Below, piece by piece: positions 1-10,796 of a DNA stretch of 64,000 nt; positions within the stretch are counted from its first letter, which is position 1; each line of letters starts with the position of its first letter. Below the pieces are notes generated by a model, which searched no databases, was not told where the DNA came from, and was given only the letters and a program-made list of their open reading frames with translations. Origin of the DNA: Spirochaetia bacterium (GTDB taxonomy: Bacteria > Spirochaetota > Spirochaetia > SZUA-6 > Bin103). A program made the translations under genes and the position numbers. The stretch is taken from positions 3,872,001 through 3,936,000 of the forward strand of contig CBDBDQ010000005.1 of assembly GCA_965203905.1 (NCBI GenBank), given 5' to 3'.

Positions 1-512
1 CTACCGAGGAGAAGGTGCTCCGTGCCGCCGGCCGCGCGCAGGGCGAGACCGGCGCTCCGGTCTCGGTGCACATCTACAACTACCGGCCGAACCGGCTGGC
101 GCACCATGCGTTGGACGTACTGTCCGAGGAGGGCGCCAACCTGGAACGGGTGGCCATCTGCCACCTGGACACCCGGCCGGATATCGACTACGTGGCCTCG
201 ATAGCCGACCGCGGCGCCTTCGTCGAGTTCGACACCTTTGGCATAGAGAACTACGCAGATCCCGGTATGACCCAGATGCCGCGCGACACCGACCGCATCC
301 AGCTGGTGCTGGATACCATCGAGCGCGGCTATGTCGATCACATCCTGCTCTCGCACGACGTGTGCTGGAAGACGCTGCTGGTCGAGTACGGCGGGTGGGG
401 GTACGCGCACCTGACGAAACACATCGAGCCGAGACTCCGCGACGCCGGCACGACCAACGGGCAGATCCGCGCGATGCGCGTGGACAATCCTGCTCGTTGG
501 CTGGCGTTCTGA
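1..512 (+). CDS. Phosphotriesterase-related amidohydrolase (5' truncated by window edge)
   Basis: Motifs SVH, ICHLD, FVEFD, LLSHDVCWK..L..YGG.GY, DNPAR typical of PTE/Php family; frame is open to the window start. Confidence 0.85.
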   Translation, partial: TEEKVLRAAGRAQGETGAPVSVHIYNYRPNRLAHHALDVLSEEGANLERVAICHLDTRPDIDYVASIADRGAFVEFDTFGIENYADPGMTQMPRDTDRIQLVLDTIERGYVDHILLSHDVCWKTLLVEYGGWGYAHLTKHIEPRLRDAGTTNGQIRAMRVDNPARWLAF

Positions 513-592
513 CGATGACCCGCGCCCAGCACCTCGAGGATACCCGCCGGCCGCTCGGCCGACGGGCGTCCTACTCGGTTCGTGGGCTGGGA

Positions 593-2185
593 CTACTCGT
601 TGAGGTACACGTTGTGGACGGCCAGAATGGCGTTGAGCCCGAGCACCCCCTCGGGGTCCACCAGGACCGAGCGCTTGGCGCGAATGCGGAAGTGCCAGCC
701 GACCGGGAGGAAGGCGGCCTTCTCGTAGATCAGGCGCTGAAACTGCTCGGCCAGTCCGAAGCGCCGGTCGAGATCGACCTCCTCAGCCATTTGCACCATC
801 AACTCGTCGATCTCCGGGTCGCTGTAGGCAACCCCTTCGCCGGGCCACCGGCCGCCGACAACCGTTTGCCACAGAAGCGGATCCGGCTGCACGCCTTCGG
901 TGACGAACAGCTCATAGGCAGTGGGGTCACGCCGCTTGGCTACCCAGGTGCCGAGATCGTAGGACTCGACCTTGATGTTCATCCCTGCCGCTTTGAGCTG
1001 CTCTGCCAGCGTGATGACGGCGCGCTTGATGGTCTCCTCGGGTGTGAGCAAGAGGAAGCGGATCGGCTCACCGTTGTAGCCTGCCGCCTGCAGGTGTTGC
1101 CGCGCTTTGGCCGGGTCGTCCTGGTTGTAGAACTCGGCGCCGGCTTCGCTGTAGTAGGCAGTACCTTGCGGCATGATGCTGGCGTAGAACGCCGAGAGCG
1201 CCGGATCGGCAACCTTGGAGCGGGCGACCGCTTCAGCATTCACCGCCGCCTGGACGGCACGGCGCATGTCCATATCGGCGAACATCTCGCCGCCGTTGTT
1301 GAAGAAGACCAGGCTGAATACCGGCGGGTCGATCTTGAGCGGATCCACGCCGGACTCATCCTGAAGCCGGGTAAACTCGGTGTCCGGCACCCGCTCGATG
1401 AGGTCATACTCGCCGGTCTCGAGACCGGCTACCCGGGTGGATGCCTCCGGCACGATCCAATAGATGGTCTCGTCGACGTACGCGGTCTTGCGCCCGGTCT
1501 GATAGTTGGGCGGATCGCTGCGCGCCACGTAGTCGTCGAAACGCTCCACGCGCAGGAAGTTGTCGGGCTGGTACTCGGCAAACATGTACGGACCGGTGCC
1601 GACCACCTCGCTCAGATTACCGCCCTCGGGCGACGCTTTGGCGATCGACTCCGGCATGACGATCGCCTTGGCTGAGTCGTACCCGAGGACGAACAGCAGG
1701 AACGTGCCGATCGGCTTCTCGAACTGAAGCTGCACGGTGTAAGCGTCCGGTGCCGTGATGGTGCTCAACGTCGACAGCTGACCCGACCGTGGTGATACAG
1801 CGAGCCACCGCTCCAGCGATGCCTTGACGTCCGCGGAGGTCATCTCCTGACCGTTGTGGAATCTTACGCCGCGGCGCAGCGTGAAGGTCCACGTGCGCGC
1901 ATCGTCCGAGACCGTATGGCCCTCGGCCAGCTCGGGCTGTGGGCTCATATCGGCGCCAAGCGCATAGAGTCCTTCGAACACGCTGGTCATCGCGTGCGGA
2001 ACCGGATGGGCGGTGCTCGACTGCCAGTCCAACGTCTGGATGCCCTGCCACAGGGCGATGTCCAGAACGCCTCCCATGCGCGGCCCCGTGTCCGCTACGG
2101 CCGTCTCGCCCTCTCCAGCCGCGGCAAACAGCATTGCCGGCACGAGCGCGACGATGGCGAGTGTGACCAACATCTTTCTCATCAT
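593..2185 (-). CDS. ABC transporter substrate-binding protein, family 5 (Dpp/Opp-like)
   Basis: Signal peptide; FEGL, PELAE, LRRGVRFHNG, GTGPY motifs. Confidence 0.92.
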   Translation of the reverse strand: MMRKMLVTLAIVALVPAMLFAAAGEGETAVADTGPRMGGVLDIALWQGIQTLDWQSSTAHPVPHAMTSVFEGLYALGADMSPQPELAEGHTVSDDARTWTFTLRRGVRFHNGQEMTSADVKASLERWLAVSPRSGQLSTLSTITAPDAYTVQLQFEKPIGTFLLFVLGYDSAKAIVMPESIAKASPEGGNLSEVVGTGPYMFAEYQPDNFLRVERFDDYVARSDPPNYQTGRKTAYVDETIYWIVPEASTRVAGLETGEYDLIERVPDTEFTRLQDESGVDPLKIDPPVFSLVFFNNGGEMFADMDMRRAVQAAVNAEAVARSKVADPALSAFYASIMPQGTAYYSEAGAEFYNQDDPAKARQHLQAAGYNGEPIRFLLLTPEETIKRAVITLAEQLKAAGMNIKVESYDLGTWVAKRRDPTAYELFVTEGVQPDPLLWQTVVGGRWPGEGVAYSDPEIDELMVQMAEEVDLDRRFGLAEQFQRLIYEKAAFLPVGWHFRIRAKRSVLVDPEGVLGLNAILAVHNVYLNE

Positions 2186-2365
2186 GGCGAATCCCTGCTA
2201 CCTCCGTTCGTTGTCGTTAACTATCGAGGACTGGCATTGTACGGCAACGAGATCGGCAAGTCAATCGGCCGCACGCCCCACTTGCGTCCGCTCGCCCGAC
2301 CTGCGTCTACCGCTTGCGCGGCGTGCCCAGGCGTGCTCTCATAGCAACTCACAAACGCGGATCAC

Positions 2366-3313
2366 ATGTGGGCTTACATCGTTCGGAGACTGCTGGCGTT
2401 CATACCGACCATGTTTTTCGTGGTCACTTTGGTCTTCATCCTCACCCGGCTCATTCCGGGGGATCCTGCTGGCATAATCGCCGGTCACCAGCTGGCCACC
2501 GAAGAGCGCATCCAGAAGATTCGCAGCGAGCTCGGACTGGACAAGCCAATCGCCGTGCAATACTCGATCTGGCTTTCCCGGGCGGTGCGCGGCGACTTCG
2601 GTACCTCGATCTTCTTCAACCAACCGGTCAACGAGGTGGTGTTGTCGCGCCTGCCGGTCACCATGAGTCTGGCGTTCTTGTCGCTCGCGCTCGCTATCGC
2701 GCTGTCGGTGCCTCTCGGGATTCTCGCGGCCACGCGCCGCAATAGCACCGCCGACGCTGCCGCGATGGTGTTTTCGGTGCTCGGCATCTCGTTCCCGCCG
2801 TTCTGGTTGGGGTTCATCCTGATCCTCCTGTTCTCAGTTACGCTGCGCTGGCTGCCAACGTCGGGCTACCGCCCGTGGTCGATGGGCATCGATCAGTGGT
2901 TTCGCTACCTGATCCTGCCTTCCGTATCCCTGTGCCTGTCGCAGATTGCGTTGTTGACGCGCACCACGCGGGCCAGCATGTTGGAGGTCCTCAGCAAGGA
3001 GTACATCACCACGGCGCGGGCGAAGGGCTTGGGTGGCCTCCGGGTAATCTACGGCCATGCGTTGCAGAACGCGATGATCTCGGTGGTCACCGTGGCGGGC
3101 CTGGCCTTCGCGGTCATTCTCGGCGGCTCGATCATCATCGAGAGCGTGTTCGCCCTGCCCGGCGTCGGCAGGCTCGTAGTCAATGCTGCGCTGCGCCGTG
3201 ACTACCCGGTGATCCAGGGGTCGGTGACCTATCTGGTTGGCATCTCGTTGCTGGTCAACCTGCTCGTGGACCTATCGTATGCAGTGATCAATCCGCGCAT
3301 CACCTATGAGTAG
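2366..3313 (+). CDS. Peptide/nickel ABC permease (DppB-like)
   Basis: PGDPA N-terminus, TARAKGL EAA loop, RDYPVIQG. Confidence 0.93.
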   Translation: MWAYIVRRLLAFIPTMFFVVTLVFILTRLIPGDPAGIIAGHQLATEERIQKIRSELGLDKPIAVQYSIWLSRAVRGDFGTSIFFNQPVNEVVLSRLPVTMSLAFLSLALAIALSVPLGILAATRRNSTADAAAMVFSVLGISFPPFWLGFILILLFSVTLRWLPTSGYRPWSMGIDQWFRYLILPSVSLCLSQIALLTRTTRASMLEVLSKEYITTARAKGLGGLRVIYGHALQNAMISVVTVAGLAFAVILGGSIIIESVFALPGVGRLVVNAALRRDYPVIQGSVTYLVGISLLVNLLVDLSYAVINPRITYE

Positions 3314-4211
3314 CGGTAGTACCCAAGCACCGCCCTCCTGGCGTCAGCGCTACGCGCAGTTTCGCACCACCGAGCGCTATCGCACGCTGCGCCGTTTCCT
3401 CACCAATCGGTTGTTCATCGTCGGCGTGGTGATGCTGGCCCCGCTGGTGTTCATGGCTGTGTTCGCGCAGAGTCTCGCGCCGTTCGATCCACTGCAGATA
3501 AACGTGGAGAACAACTTTCAGGCGCCCAATGCCAAGCACCTGCTCGGCACGGATGAGCTGGGACGCGACGTCTTGAGCCGCACGATGTTCGGCGCTCAGT
3601 TGTCGCTTCGGGTCGGTGCAGTGACAGCCGCGCTGACCTGTTTGCTCGGCCTCGCGTTCGGCTCGATCGCCGGCTACAACCGCAGCATCGACGTCGTGCT
3701 GATGCGCGTGATGGACGGTCTGATGGCGTTTCCGGGTATCCTGCTGGCCATCATCATTGTTGCCGCCATCGGTCCGGGCGAGCTCAACGTGGTGGTGGCG
3801 ATGACCATCATCTACACGCCACGCATCACACGGGTGGTGCGCAGCACGGTGCTCGAGGTCAAGGGGAACGATTACGTCGATGCAGCGCGCCTCGTAGGAC
3901 TGCGGGACATCAGCATCCTCGGCGGGCACATCTTGCCGAACAGTCTGGCTCCGTTGATCGTGCAAACCACGTTCGGTTTTGCCTGGGCGATTCTCGTGGA
4001 GGCGAGCCTGAGCTTCGTCGGCCTTGGGACGCCGCCGCCGGCGCCATCGTGGGGCAACATCATAAGCGCCGGGCGGCAGTTCATCCGTAACGCGCCGTGG
4101 CTGGTGGTCACGCCGGGTCTGGCGATTTCTGCCGCTGTGCTGGCACTGAACCTGATCGGTGACGGCCTGCGTGACATCCTCGATCCGCGACTGCGCAACG
4201 TTTCCGGCTAG
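3306..4211 (+). CDS. Peptide/nickel ABC permease (DppC-like)
   Basis: HLLGTDELGRDVLSR, HILPN, GDGLRD motifs; overlaps the upstream permease. Confidence 0.93.
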   Translation: MSSGSTQAPPSWRQRYAQFRTTERYRTLRRFLTNRLFIVGVVMLAPLVFMAVFAQSLAPFDPLQINVENNFQAPNAKHLLGTDELGRDVLSRTMFGAQLSLRVGAVTAALTCLLGLAFGSIAGYNRSIDVVLMRVMDGLMAFPGILLAIIIVAAIGPGELNVVVAMTIIYTPRITRVVRSTVLEVKGNDYVDAARLVGLRDISILGGHILPNSLAPLIVQTTFGFAWAILVEASLSFVGLGTPPPAPSWGNIISAGRQFIRNAPWLVVTPGLAISAAVLALNLIGDGLRDILDPRLRNVSG

Positions 4212-4213
4212 AG

Positions 4214-4739
4214 GTGAAGGACATGCGATTCGGGTCGACTACTGGTTCCACGAGCACAGCGGACCCGATCTCACCAACGACCGTCACCCACCGTTGGTCA
4301 CCCGCCGCGGGTACGGCTCGGGCGCTGTCTACTACCTCGCTGCGCCGCTCGGGCGGAATTCTACCTGCGCCAGGATCCATCGATTGGCCAGCTGTTGCGC
4401 AACATCGTTGCCCACTGCACACCGGCAGTCGTGCGTACGCGGGCGGGAGTGGGTCTGGAGATCGCCGTTACCACCCATTCGGAACCGCGGCGAGTACTGG
4501 TCCACCTGGTCAATCACTACACCGACAGGTGCGAGGCATTCCTCGCCGCGCGCAAAGCGCGAGACGTCGATCTGTCCATCGACGCTGCCGGGATCGGCAC
4601 CGCCCTCGGCGGCGAGCCCGACAGAGCCCAGCTCGTTCCCGACCAACGGCAGGTGCCACTTAAGGTGCGAGACGGTCGCGTGGAGTTGACGGTCGATCAG
4701 ATCGAGATTAGCGCCGTTGTGGCGCTGGAGCGCTCGTGA
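4214..4739 (+). pseudogene. Frameshifted C-terminal remnant of a glycoside hydrolase-like gene (GH42-type trimerisation/C-terminal domain)
   Basis: One frame reads HPPLVTRRGYGSGAVYYLAAPLG, then shifts to a frame with [31 protein letters not shown]; no catalytic N-terminus. Confidence 0.5.
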
Positions 4740-5785
4740 GCGAAGCGAGCGCCGGCGAACCCGGACTGCGCGGCGGAGCCACCGTGGACGCAGTAGCGAG
4801 CAAGCCACTGCTCGAGGTCCGAGATCTTCGTACCTCGTTCTTCACCGACCAGGGTGCGGTACGAGCCGTGGACGGAGTCAGCTTCGAGGTCGATCGGGGC
4901 GAGGTCCTCGGCCTGGTAGGTGAATCAGGCTGCGGCAAGAGCGTCACGGCCATGTCGATCATGCGATTGGTAGCGCATCCCGGTCGCGTCGTCGGCGGTG
5001 AGATCATCTTCAACGGTCGTAACCTACTCGATCTCTCGGAGGGCCAGATGCGCAAGGTGCGCGGCAACGACATCAGCATGGTGTTCCAGGAGCCCATGAC
5101 CAGTCTCAACCCCGTACACAGGATCGGACGCCAGGTTGGCGAGATGTTGTCCATCCATCGACCGGACCTCAACCGCAAACAACGGGAGCAGACCATCCTG
5201 CAGTGGCTGCGCGAGGTGTCCATCCCGTCGCCTGATCAGCGGGTGCACAACTTTCCCCATCAGCTCTCGGGCGGCATGCGGCAGCGGGCGATGATTGCCA
5301 TGGCGCTGGCGTCCGGCAAATGTCAGCTGCTCATCGCAGATGAGCCGACCACCGCGCTGGATGTCACTATCCAGGCGCAGATCCTCGATCTGATCAAACG
5401 GCTGCAGCACGAGATCGGCATGTCGGTGATCCTGGTTACCCATGACCTGGGCGTCATCGCCGAAACGGTGGATCGGGTGGCGGTGATGTACGCCGGCAGC
5501 ATTGTCGAGTACGCGGATGTGAAGACGCTGTTTCGCCAGCCCCTCCATCCCTACACCCACGGCTTGCTCGACTCGATGCCGCAGCAAGGCAAGCAGAAGC
5601 GGAAGCAGACCCTGTACTCGATACCGGGGGTGGTACCCAATCCCCTGGAGCTGGCGCCCGGCTGCAAGTTCGCCAACCGTTGCCAGTATGCGGAGCAGAG
5701 CTTGTGCCTGGGGACGGAGCCACCGTTGCAGCAGCTCGCGCCCGGTCACTGGGTCCGCTGCGCCCGCGTGGATGACATATGGTAG
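4736..5785 (+). CDS. Oligopeptide ABC ATPase (DppD/OppD-like)
   Basis: Walker [28 protein letters not shown]-terminal Cys motif. Confidence 0.95.
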   Translation: MSEASAGEPGLRGGATVDAVASKPLLEVRDLRTSFFTDQGAVRAVDGVSFEVDRGEVLGLVGESGCGKSVTAMSIMRLVAHPGRVVGGEIIFNGRNLLDLSEGQMRKVRGNDISMVFQEPMTSLNPVHRIGRQVGEMLSIHRPDLNRKQREQTILQWLREVSIPSPDQRVHNFPHQLSGGMRQRAMIAMALASGKCQLLIADEPTTALDVTIQAQILDLIKRLQHEIGMSVILVTHDLGVIAETVDRVAVMYAGSIVEYADVKTLFRQPLHPYTHGLLDSMPQQGKQKRKQTLYSIPGVVPNPLELAPGCKFANRCQYAEQSLCLGTEPPLQQLAPGHWVRCARVDDIW

Positions 5786-6792
5786 GTTCCGAGCCAATCC
5801 ACGAGGCGCCGGCCGCTACCGGGCACAATGATGTGCTGCTTTCGCTGCAAGAGCTGCGCAAGTTCTTTCCGGTCAAGCGTGGCGTCTTCAGCCGTACCAT
5901 CGGCCATGTGCGCGCAGTGGACGGAGTGAGCTTCGACGTTGCGCGGGGACAGACACTCGGTTTGGTGGGCGAGTCGGGTTGCGGCAAGACGACGACAGCG
6001 CGGGTCATTCTGCGTCTCGAGGACGCCGACAGCGGCAGCGTCTGGTTCAACGGCGACGACATCCTCAGCTACGAGGGCGCCCAGCTGCGGGCGCTGCGTA
6101 GGGAGATCCAGGCAATATTCCAGGACCCCTACTCCTCGCTGAATCCGCGCAAGACTGTCTGGGACATCGTCAGTGAGCCGGTGCGGGTACATCGCGTCTG
6201 TGCTCCAAACGAAATGCGCGATCGAGTGATACAGACGCTGGAAAAGGTCGGGCTGCGGGCAGACCATATGCGCCGCTATCCCCACGAATTCTCCGGCGGT
6301 CAACGCCAGCGCATCGGCATCGCCCGGGCGCTGAGCGTCAGCCCACAGCTCATCGTGTGCGACGAACCGGTTTCCGCGCTCGACGTTTCTATCCGCTCTC
6401 AGATTCTCAATATCTTGATCGAGTTGCAGCGCGAGTTAGGACTCGCCTTCATCTTCATCGCCCATGACCTTTCAGTGGTGGAGCACATCAGCGACACCGT
6501 CGCGGTGATGTACCTCGGCAAGGTCGTGGAAATGGCCCCTGCCGACGAATTCTACAGACGGCCGCTGCACCCCTACAGTGAAGCGCTCCTGTCGGCGACA
6601 CCCGTACCGAATCCGGAGGCGAAGAGCCGGCGCATCATTCTCTCCGGCGATGTCCCGAGCCCGATTGCCCCTCCCAGCGGATGCCACTTCCGGACCCGCT
6701 GCCCCCTTGCAGACGAGCGCTGCGCCCGCGAAGAACCGCGGCTCAAACGCTCCGGCCCCACGCATCTCGTCGCCTGCCACTATCGTGGCTAG
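5779..6792 (+). CDS. Oligopeptide ABC ATPase (DppF/OppF-like)
   Basis: GESGCGKT, FSGGQRQR, CDEPVSALD, GCHFRTRCP. Confidence 0.95.
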   Translation: MVGSEPIHEAPAATGHNDVLLSLQELRKFFPVKRGVFSRTIGHVRAVDGVSFDVARGQTLGLVGESGCGKTTTARVILRLEDADSGSVWFNGDDILSYEGAQLRALRREIQAIFQDPYSSLNPRKTVWDIVSEPVRVHRVCAPNEMRDRVIQTLEKVGLRADHMRRYPHEFSGGQRQRIGIARALSVSPQLIVCDEPVSALDVSIRSQILNILIELQRELGLAFIFIAHDLSVVEHISDTVAVMYLGKVVEMAPADEFYRRPLHPYSEALLSATPVPNPEAKSRRIILSGDVPSPIAPPSGCHFRTRCPLADERCAREEPRLKRSGPTHLVACHYRG

Positions 6793-6853
6793 CATGGCGC
6801 TGCTATGATGAGGGTGCCAGATCAACATCTGGACATCATCAGGGAGGTGCATC

Positions 6854-7230
6854 TTGCACGACAGCCTATTGTTGGACGATCTGATCAAGAGCGTCCTGCA
6901 GGAGATCGGAGAGTTCGGTCTTGGTTCTGCAACCTTCGCCCATTATCGAAGAGCGTATGGCAGACTCCGGAAGTTCGCAGCACAGAGAGAATCCGGTTTC
7001 TATTCCGACAGACTGATCGATAGTTTTTTAGTGACATCGAGAAGAAGTACGAGACAGACGCATTCGGTCGTGCCCGGCGAGACCATCTCAGACGAGCTTC
7101 TTTGCTGTTGCGTGAGTATGCCGAGACGCAATCACAAGCTGGAAGCCGTATACGTTCCATGTCCATCCGATGCCGGCATCGGAAGAATTCCTGAGACTGT
7201 ACGAGAGCTTCATTGACAATCTTCGAGCCA
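6854..7230 (+). pseudogene. Frameshifted N-terminal remnant of a probable tyrosine recombinase (RIT/RitA-like)
   Basis: Helical N-terminal peptide spread over three frames (frameshift at the T-run 7024-7029); no catalytic domain; cut off by the IS21 fragment. Confidence 0.35.
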
Positions 7231-7307
7231 TTGGGAGGCAGATTCCGGGCAGGGTCTGGTCCGATCCTCCGCTACGCTCCCCCCAAATCCGTGTGGGAGG
7301 GAGTTGC

Positions 7308-7511
7308 ATGGCACGTAGCAGGGTTCGCGTGGACAAGATCAAAGAGGTCATCCGCTACGGGGTGACCACCGAGCTCAGTGAGCGAGCGATTGGGCGAGCG
7401 CTGAAGGTCTCGCGCACCGCGGTGACCAAGTACCTGGAGTGGTTCCGCCGCGGCGGACTGACCTGGGAGCAGGCGCAGGAGCTGCCTGACAGCGAGCTGG
7501 TGACCGGCTGA
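7308..7511 (+). mobile_element. IS21-family transposase IstA, N-terminal HTH fragment
   Basis: MARSRVRVDKIKEVIR..LSERAIGRALKVSRTAVTKYL..GLTW..LPDSEL is the typical IstA start; truncated. Confidence 0.75.
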
Positions 7512-8035
7512 GGGGCCGGTACACGGCGTTGAGGGCAGCCAGTTGCGCGTCGCTGTCGTAGCGCAGGTAGCCGACCGCGCGCCGCACCACGTGGCCGTTT
7601 TTCTGCTCCACGAAGCAGGTGTCGTTCTTGCGATACGGGCGCCCGCGAGTGAAAGTGATGCCGTGATTCTCGCAGTAGCGCACCAGATGATGATTGATGA
7701 ATTCGCCGCCGTTGTCGCTGTCGATGCCTTGCATGGCGATCGGCAGGCTGAGACGGGCAGCGTCGATAGCCTCATGGGTCCAGCGTTGTGCCTTGTTCTT
7801 GAGCCCGTGCAGGTCGACCCAGCCGGTGTCAACGTCGGTGATGGTGAGGGTGTGGCAGAAGTCGCCTGAGACATCGCCGCCGTCATGGCCCACCAGGTCG
7901 ATCTCGAAGAAGCCCGGCTCCTGCTCGGTCCAGTCAGCAAAGGTACGGATCGGGACCTGGTGCTTGAGGTGGCTACCCGGCTTGGTGTGGGTGCGGCCCT
8001 TCAGGCGCAGCCGCGCGCGCTTGACACGGATTTGG
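7505..8035 (-). mobile_element. DDE (rve integrase-core) transposase internal fragment
   Basis: TKPGSHLKHQVPIRT, EIDLVGHDG, IDSDNGGEFIN, FTRGRPYRKND..VEQKN; both ends missing. Confidence 0.8.
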
Positions 8036-8497
8036 GCCGGCCTCTACACTCGTCCGCGAATGGGCACTGACACCATCCAGCCCGACTACCGACTACCGAC
8101 TAGCCGCGCAGCAGCCGACCTCGCGGCGCCGGTGCTGACCGCGGCACCATTGATGCGTGTGGCGCACAGCCGCCACGCATCTGTGCGTCCAACGGCCGAC
8201 GAAGTCGGCTGCAAACTTCACCCGTCGACGCCCGCCGGCGTTGCAGGCACCTCTATTAGACAGACAATGGGCCCATCGGTGGCCGACCAGGGAGGTGCAA
8301 ATTGATACTCAGAGAGCCGCACGCGCGCGCGGCGTGAGCCCGGCTAAATCCGGCGAGTCACACGCCGCGCGCGCCAAGAAATTGACTCAGACTGGCCGTC
8401 CGCGTTGCGGGCGCGCCCGCGTTGCGGTGCGTCAAAGTAGCCAGGGAGCGGCAATCCGCTCCGCAATACTCTCGAAAAATCCACAACGGAGGAACGT

Positions 8498-10480
8498 ATG
8501 TTCATTGTAAAGATCAGAATGACCTTCGTGGTTGCGCTGGTCATGGTCCTGACCGCCACCGGCCTCTGGGCCACCGGCGCAGACGAGGAGCCGGCAGCCG
8601 CTGCCGACAGAGAGACGGTGTTCGACCCCGCCACCGGAAATGAGTCCCCCATGTTGGCAGCGTTGGTGGCAAGCGGCGATCTGCCCCCGGTGCATGAGCG
8701 GCTTCCCAATGAGCCGTTTGTAATGGAGCCAGTAGAGCAGATCGGGAAGTACGGTGGCACGCTACGGGTGGGGGATGCCGCGGTGGCGTATCTGAACGGC
8801 TTTGCGTCGATACACGAGATCGGACTCTTCCGCTATAACATGTCCGCCTCGGCGATCACTCCCGACATCGCCAAGTCTTTCTCCTGGTCCTCAGACATCA
8901 AAACCCTGACGATTGAACTCAGAGAGGGTCATAAATGGTCAGACGGACACCCATTTACGGTGGATGACATCATCTTCTGGTGGGAAGATGTTCAACTGAA
9001 CGAAGAGCTCAGGCCTGGTGGGCCCCGCGGCGTATTTAAGCCTCGTGGTGAGTTGGCTGAATTCAAGAAGATAAGCGACACAGTCCTGGAGATGTCATTC
9101 TCAGTGCCACATCCGACGGTCATGGACTTTCTGGGTCGTCCGAAGAGAAGTGCAGACCCCTTCATGATGCTACCCAAGCACTACCTGGAGAAATGGCACA
9201 TCGATTACAACCCCGACGCCAACGAGCTGGCTGAAGACGAAGGATTCGAGGATTGGGCGCAAGCCTTTACCGCACATTACAACAGCAAATGGCAACTTGA
9301 CCCCAATCAGCCAACCCTCAGGCCTTGGATCGCCAAAGAGGAACAATCCGGGGACCGAATATTCGTCGAGCGCAACCCGTATTTCCACCACGTGGATCCC
9401 GAGGGTAATCAATTGCCATACATCGACCGGATAGAAGACCTGCTTACCGGCAACGTGCAAATACAGACCCTAAAGGCCAGCGCAGGCGAATTCGATATTG
9501 CAAGCTACTATCTTGCCCTGGCAGATTTGGAGGTGCTCAAAGCGAACGAAGTGGACGGAGATTATCGTATCCTCTTTCCGAAAGACTTTGCTGTCTCGTC
9601 GGCAGCTCTATTCCCCAACCAAAATGCCGCGGATCCAGAGTTGAGGGACCTGTTCCAAAACCGAGACTTCCGCGTCGCCCTCTCGCTGAGCCTTGACCGT
9701 GAGAACTTGAACGAGACACTCTTCTTCGGCCTCGGTACAGCCTACCCGGGGGTTCCGCCCCCGTACATGAGCTTCTTCCAGCCGGAGTGGGAAAGTCCCG
9801 ACTATATTCAGTATGACCCGGAGCGGGCTAACGAGATTCTCGACAGCCTGGGACTGACGGAGCGGGATGACGAGGGCTTCCGGCTACGCCGTGACGGCGA
9901 GGGTCGGCTGAGCATATTAGTAAACACTATCACTGCGCATTGGCCCGAGGACGCGTTGGTAATGGAGGTGATCAAGAACGACCTTGCAGCTGTCGGTATC
10001 GAGATTATCCATAGGCCCTGGGCCGAATCTGCCCCCTTGGCGGAGGCTGAGCGCAACAACGATTTGGAAATGTACGCATGGTACATTGGGACGAATGCGT
10101 TCCAAACGGGCCGTCCTGACCCTGGGATGTGGGGTTTCATGAGGGTTAGCGAACAATATTGGGCACCGCTGTGGGTGAGGTGGTTCGAGACCGGAGGGGA
10201 GGAGGGCGAAGAGCCGCCAGCAAGGATAAAGGAACTGCGTGAGATCTATGAGCAGTATCTGCAAACCCCGATTGGCTCGGCTGAATACAACATACTCGCC
10301 GAAGAATATTTCAGCTATTTCTATGAAGAACTGCCCTTGATCGCTACGGTAGGGTTTACGCCCAGACCGATGGTCGTAAGCAATCGGCTCCACAACGTGC
10401 CGGAGGAAGACCTCTGGTGGGGACCTACCACCGGTTGGTACGAGCCGTATATGCCCACACAGTGGTATATCGAGGAGTAG
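8498..10480 (+). CDS. ABC substrate-binding protein family 5 (oligosaccharide-type)
   Basis: Signal peptide; ESPML..GDLPPVHERLP, KWSDGHPFTVDD, RNPYF..VDPEGNQLPYID; GGAGG RBS. Confidence 0.92.
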   Translation: MFIVKIRMTFVVALVMVLTATGLWATGADEEPAAAADRETVFDPATGNESPMLAALVASGDLPPVHERLPNEPFVMEPVEQIGKYGGTLRVGDAAVAYLNGFASIHEIGLFRYNMSASAITPDIAKSFSWSSDIKTLTIELREGHKWSDGHPFTVDDIIFWWEDVQLNEELRPGGPRGVFKPRGELAEFKKISDTVLEMSFSVPHPTVMDFLGRPKRSADPFMMLPKHYLEKWHIDYNPDANELAEDEGFEDWAQAFTAHYNSKWQLDPNQPTLRPWIAKEEQSGDRIFVERNPYFHHVDPEGNQLPYIDRIEDLLTGNVQIQTLKASAGEFDIASYYLALADLEVLKANEVDGDYRILFPKDFAVSSAALFPNQNAADPELRDLFQNRDFRVALSLSLDRENLNETLFFGLGTAYPGVPPPYMSFFQPEWESPDYIQYDPERANEILDSLGLTERDDEGFRLRRDGEGRLSILVNTITAHWPEDALVMEVIKNDLAAVGIEIIHRPWAESAPLAEAERNNDLEMYAWYIGTNAFQTGRPDPGMWGFMRVSEQYWAPLWVRWFETGGEEGEEPPARIKELREIYEQYLQTPIGSAEYNILAEEYFSYFYEELPLIATVGFTPRPMVVSNRLHNVPEEDLWWGPTTGWYEPYMPTQWYIEE

Positions 10481-10496
10481 CGCACACCTAGCACAC

Positions 10497-10793
10497 TAGG
10501 ACCTCGACTATCTGATTTTGTGGGGCGGTTGCGCACTTGTCAGGGACAACCCACTAAACTTCCCCGCATCTTCGCCTGGTCGAGGTCCTAACCCACTGAC
10601 AAGAGGATTGAAAGGGGTGCTGGTTGTTGTGAGATATCAGCCGGCACTCTTTTCATTTGGGTGCACATCAAATGAGTTGGAGTTTGGGGGCTGCGGTCAG
10701 GCCTGCCCTGACCGCAGCCAAAGCAAGACCGACCGCGGTGACCGTTCCAACTGAGGTGAAACACACAAAGCCCGTCCTGAGGAAGGAGGGCCG
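10497..10793 (+). promoter_or_regulatory. Multi-hairpin intercistronic region after the SBP gene
   Basis: TAGGACCTCGAC/GTCGAGGTCCTA; an 18 bp stem with G:U pairs; GGCTGCGGTCAGG/CCTGACCGCAGCC; a hairpin over the downstream RBS. Confidence 0.55.
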
Positions 10794-10796
10794 ACG

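Noticed and set aside
8082-8102. CCGACTA x3 tandem repeat
   Set aside because: Too short; probably slippage, with no evidence of function
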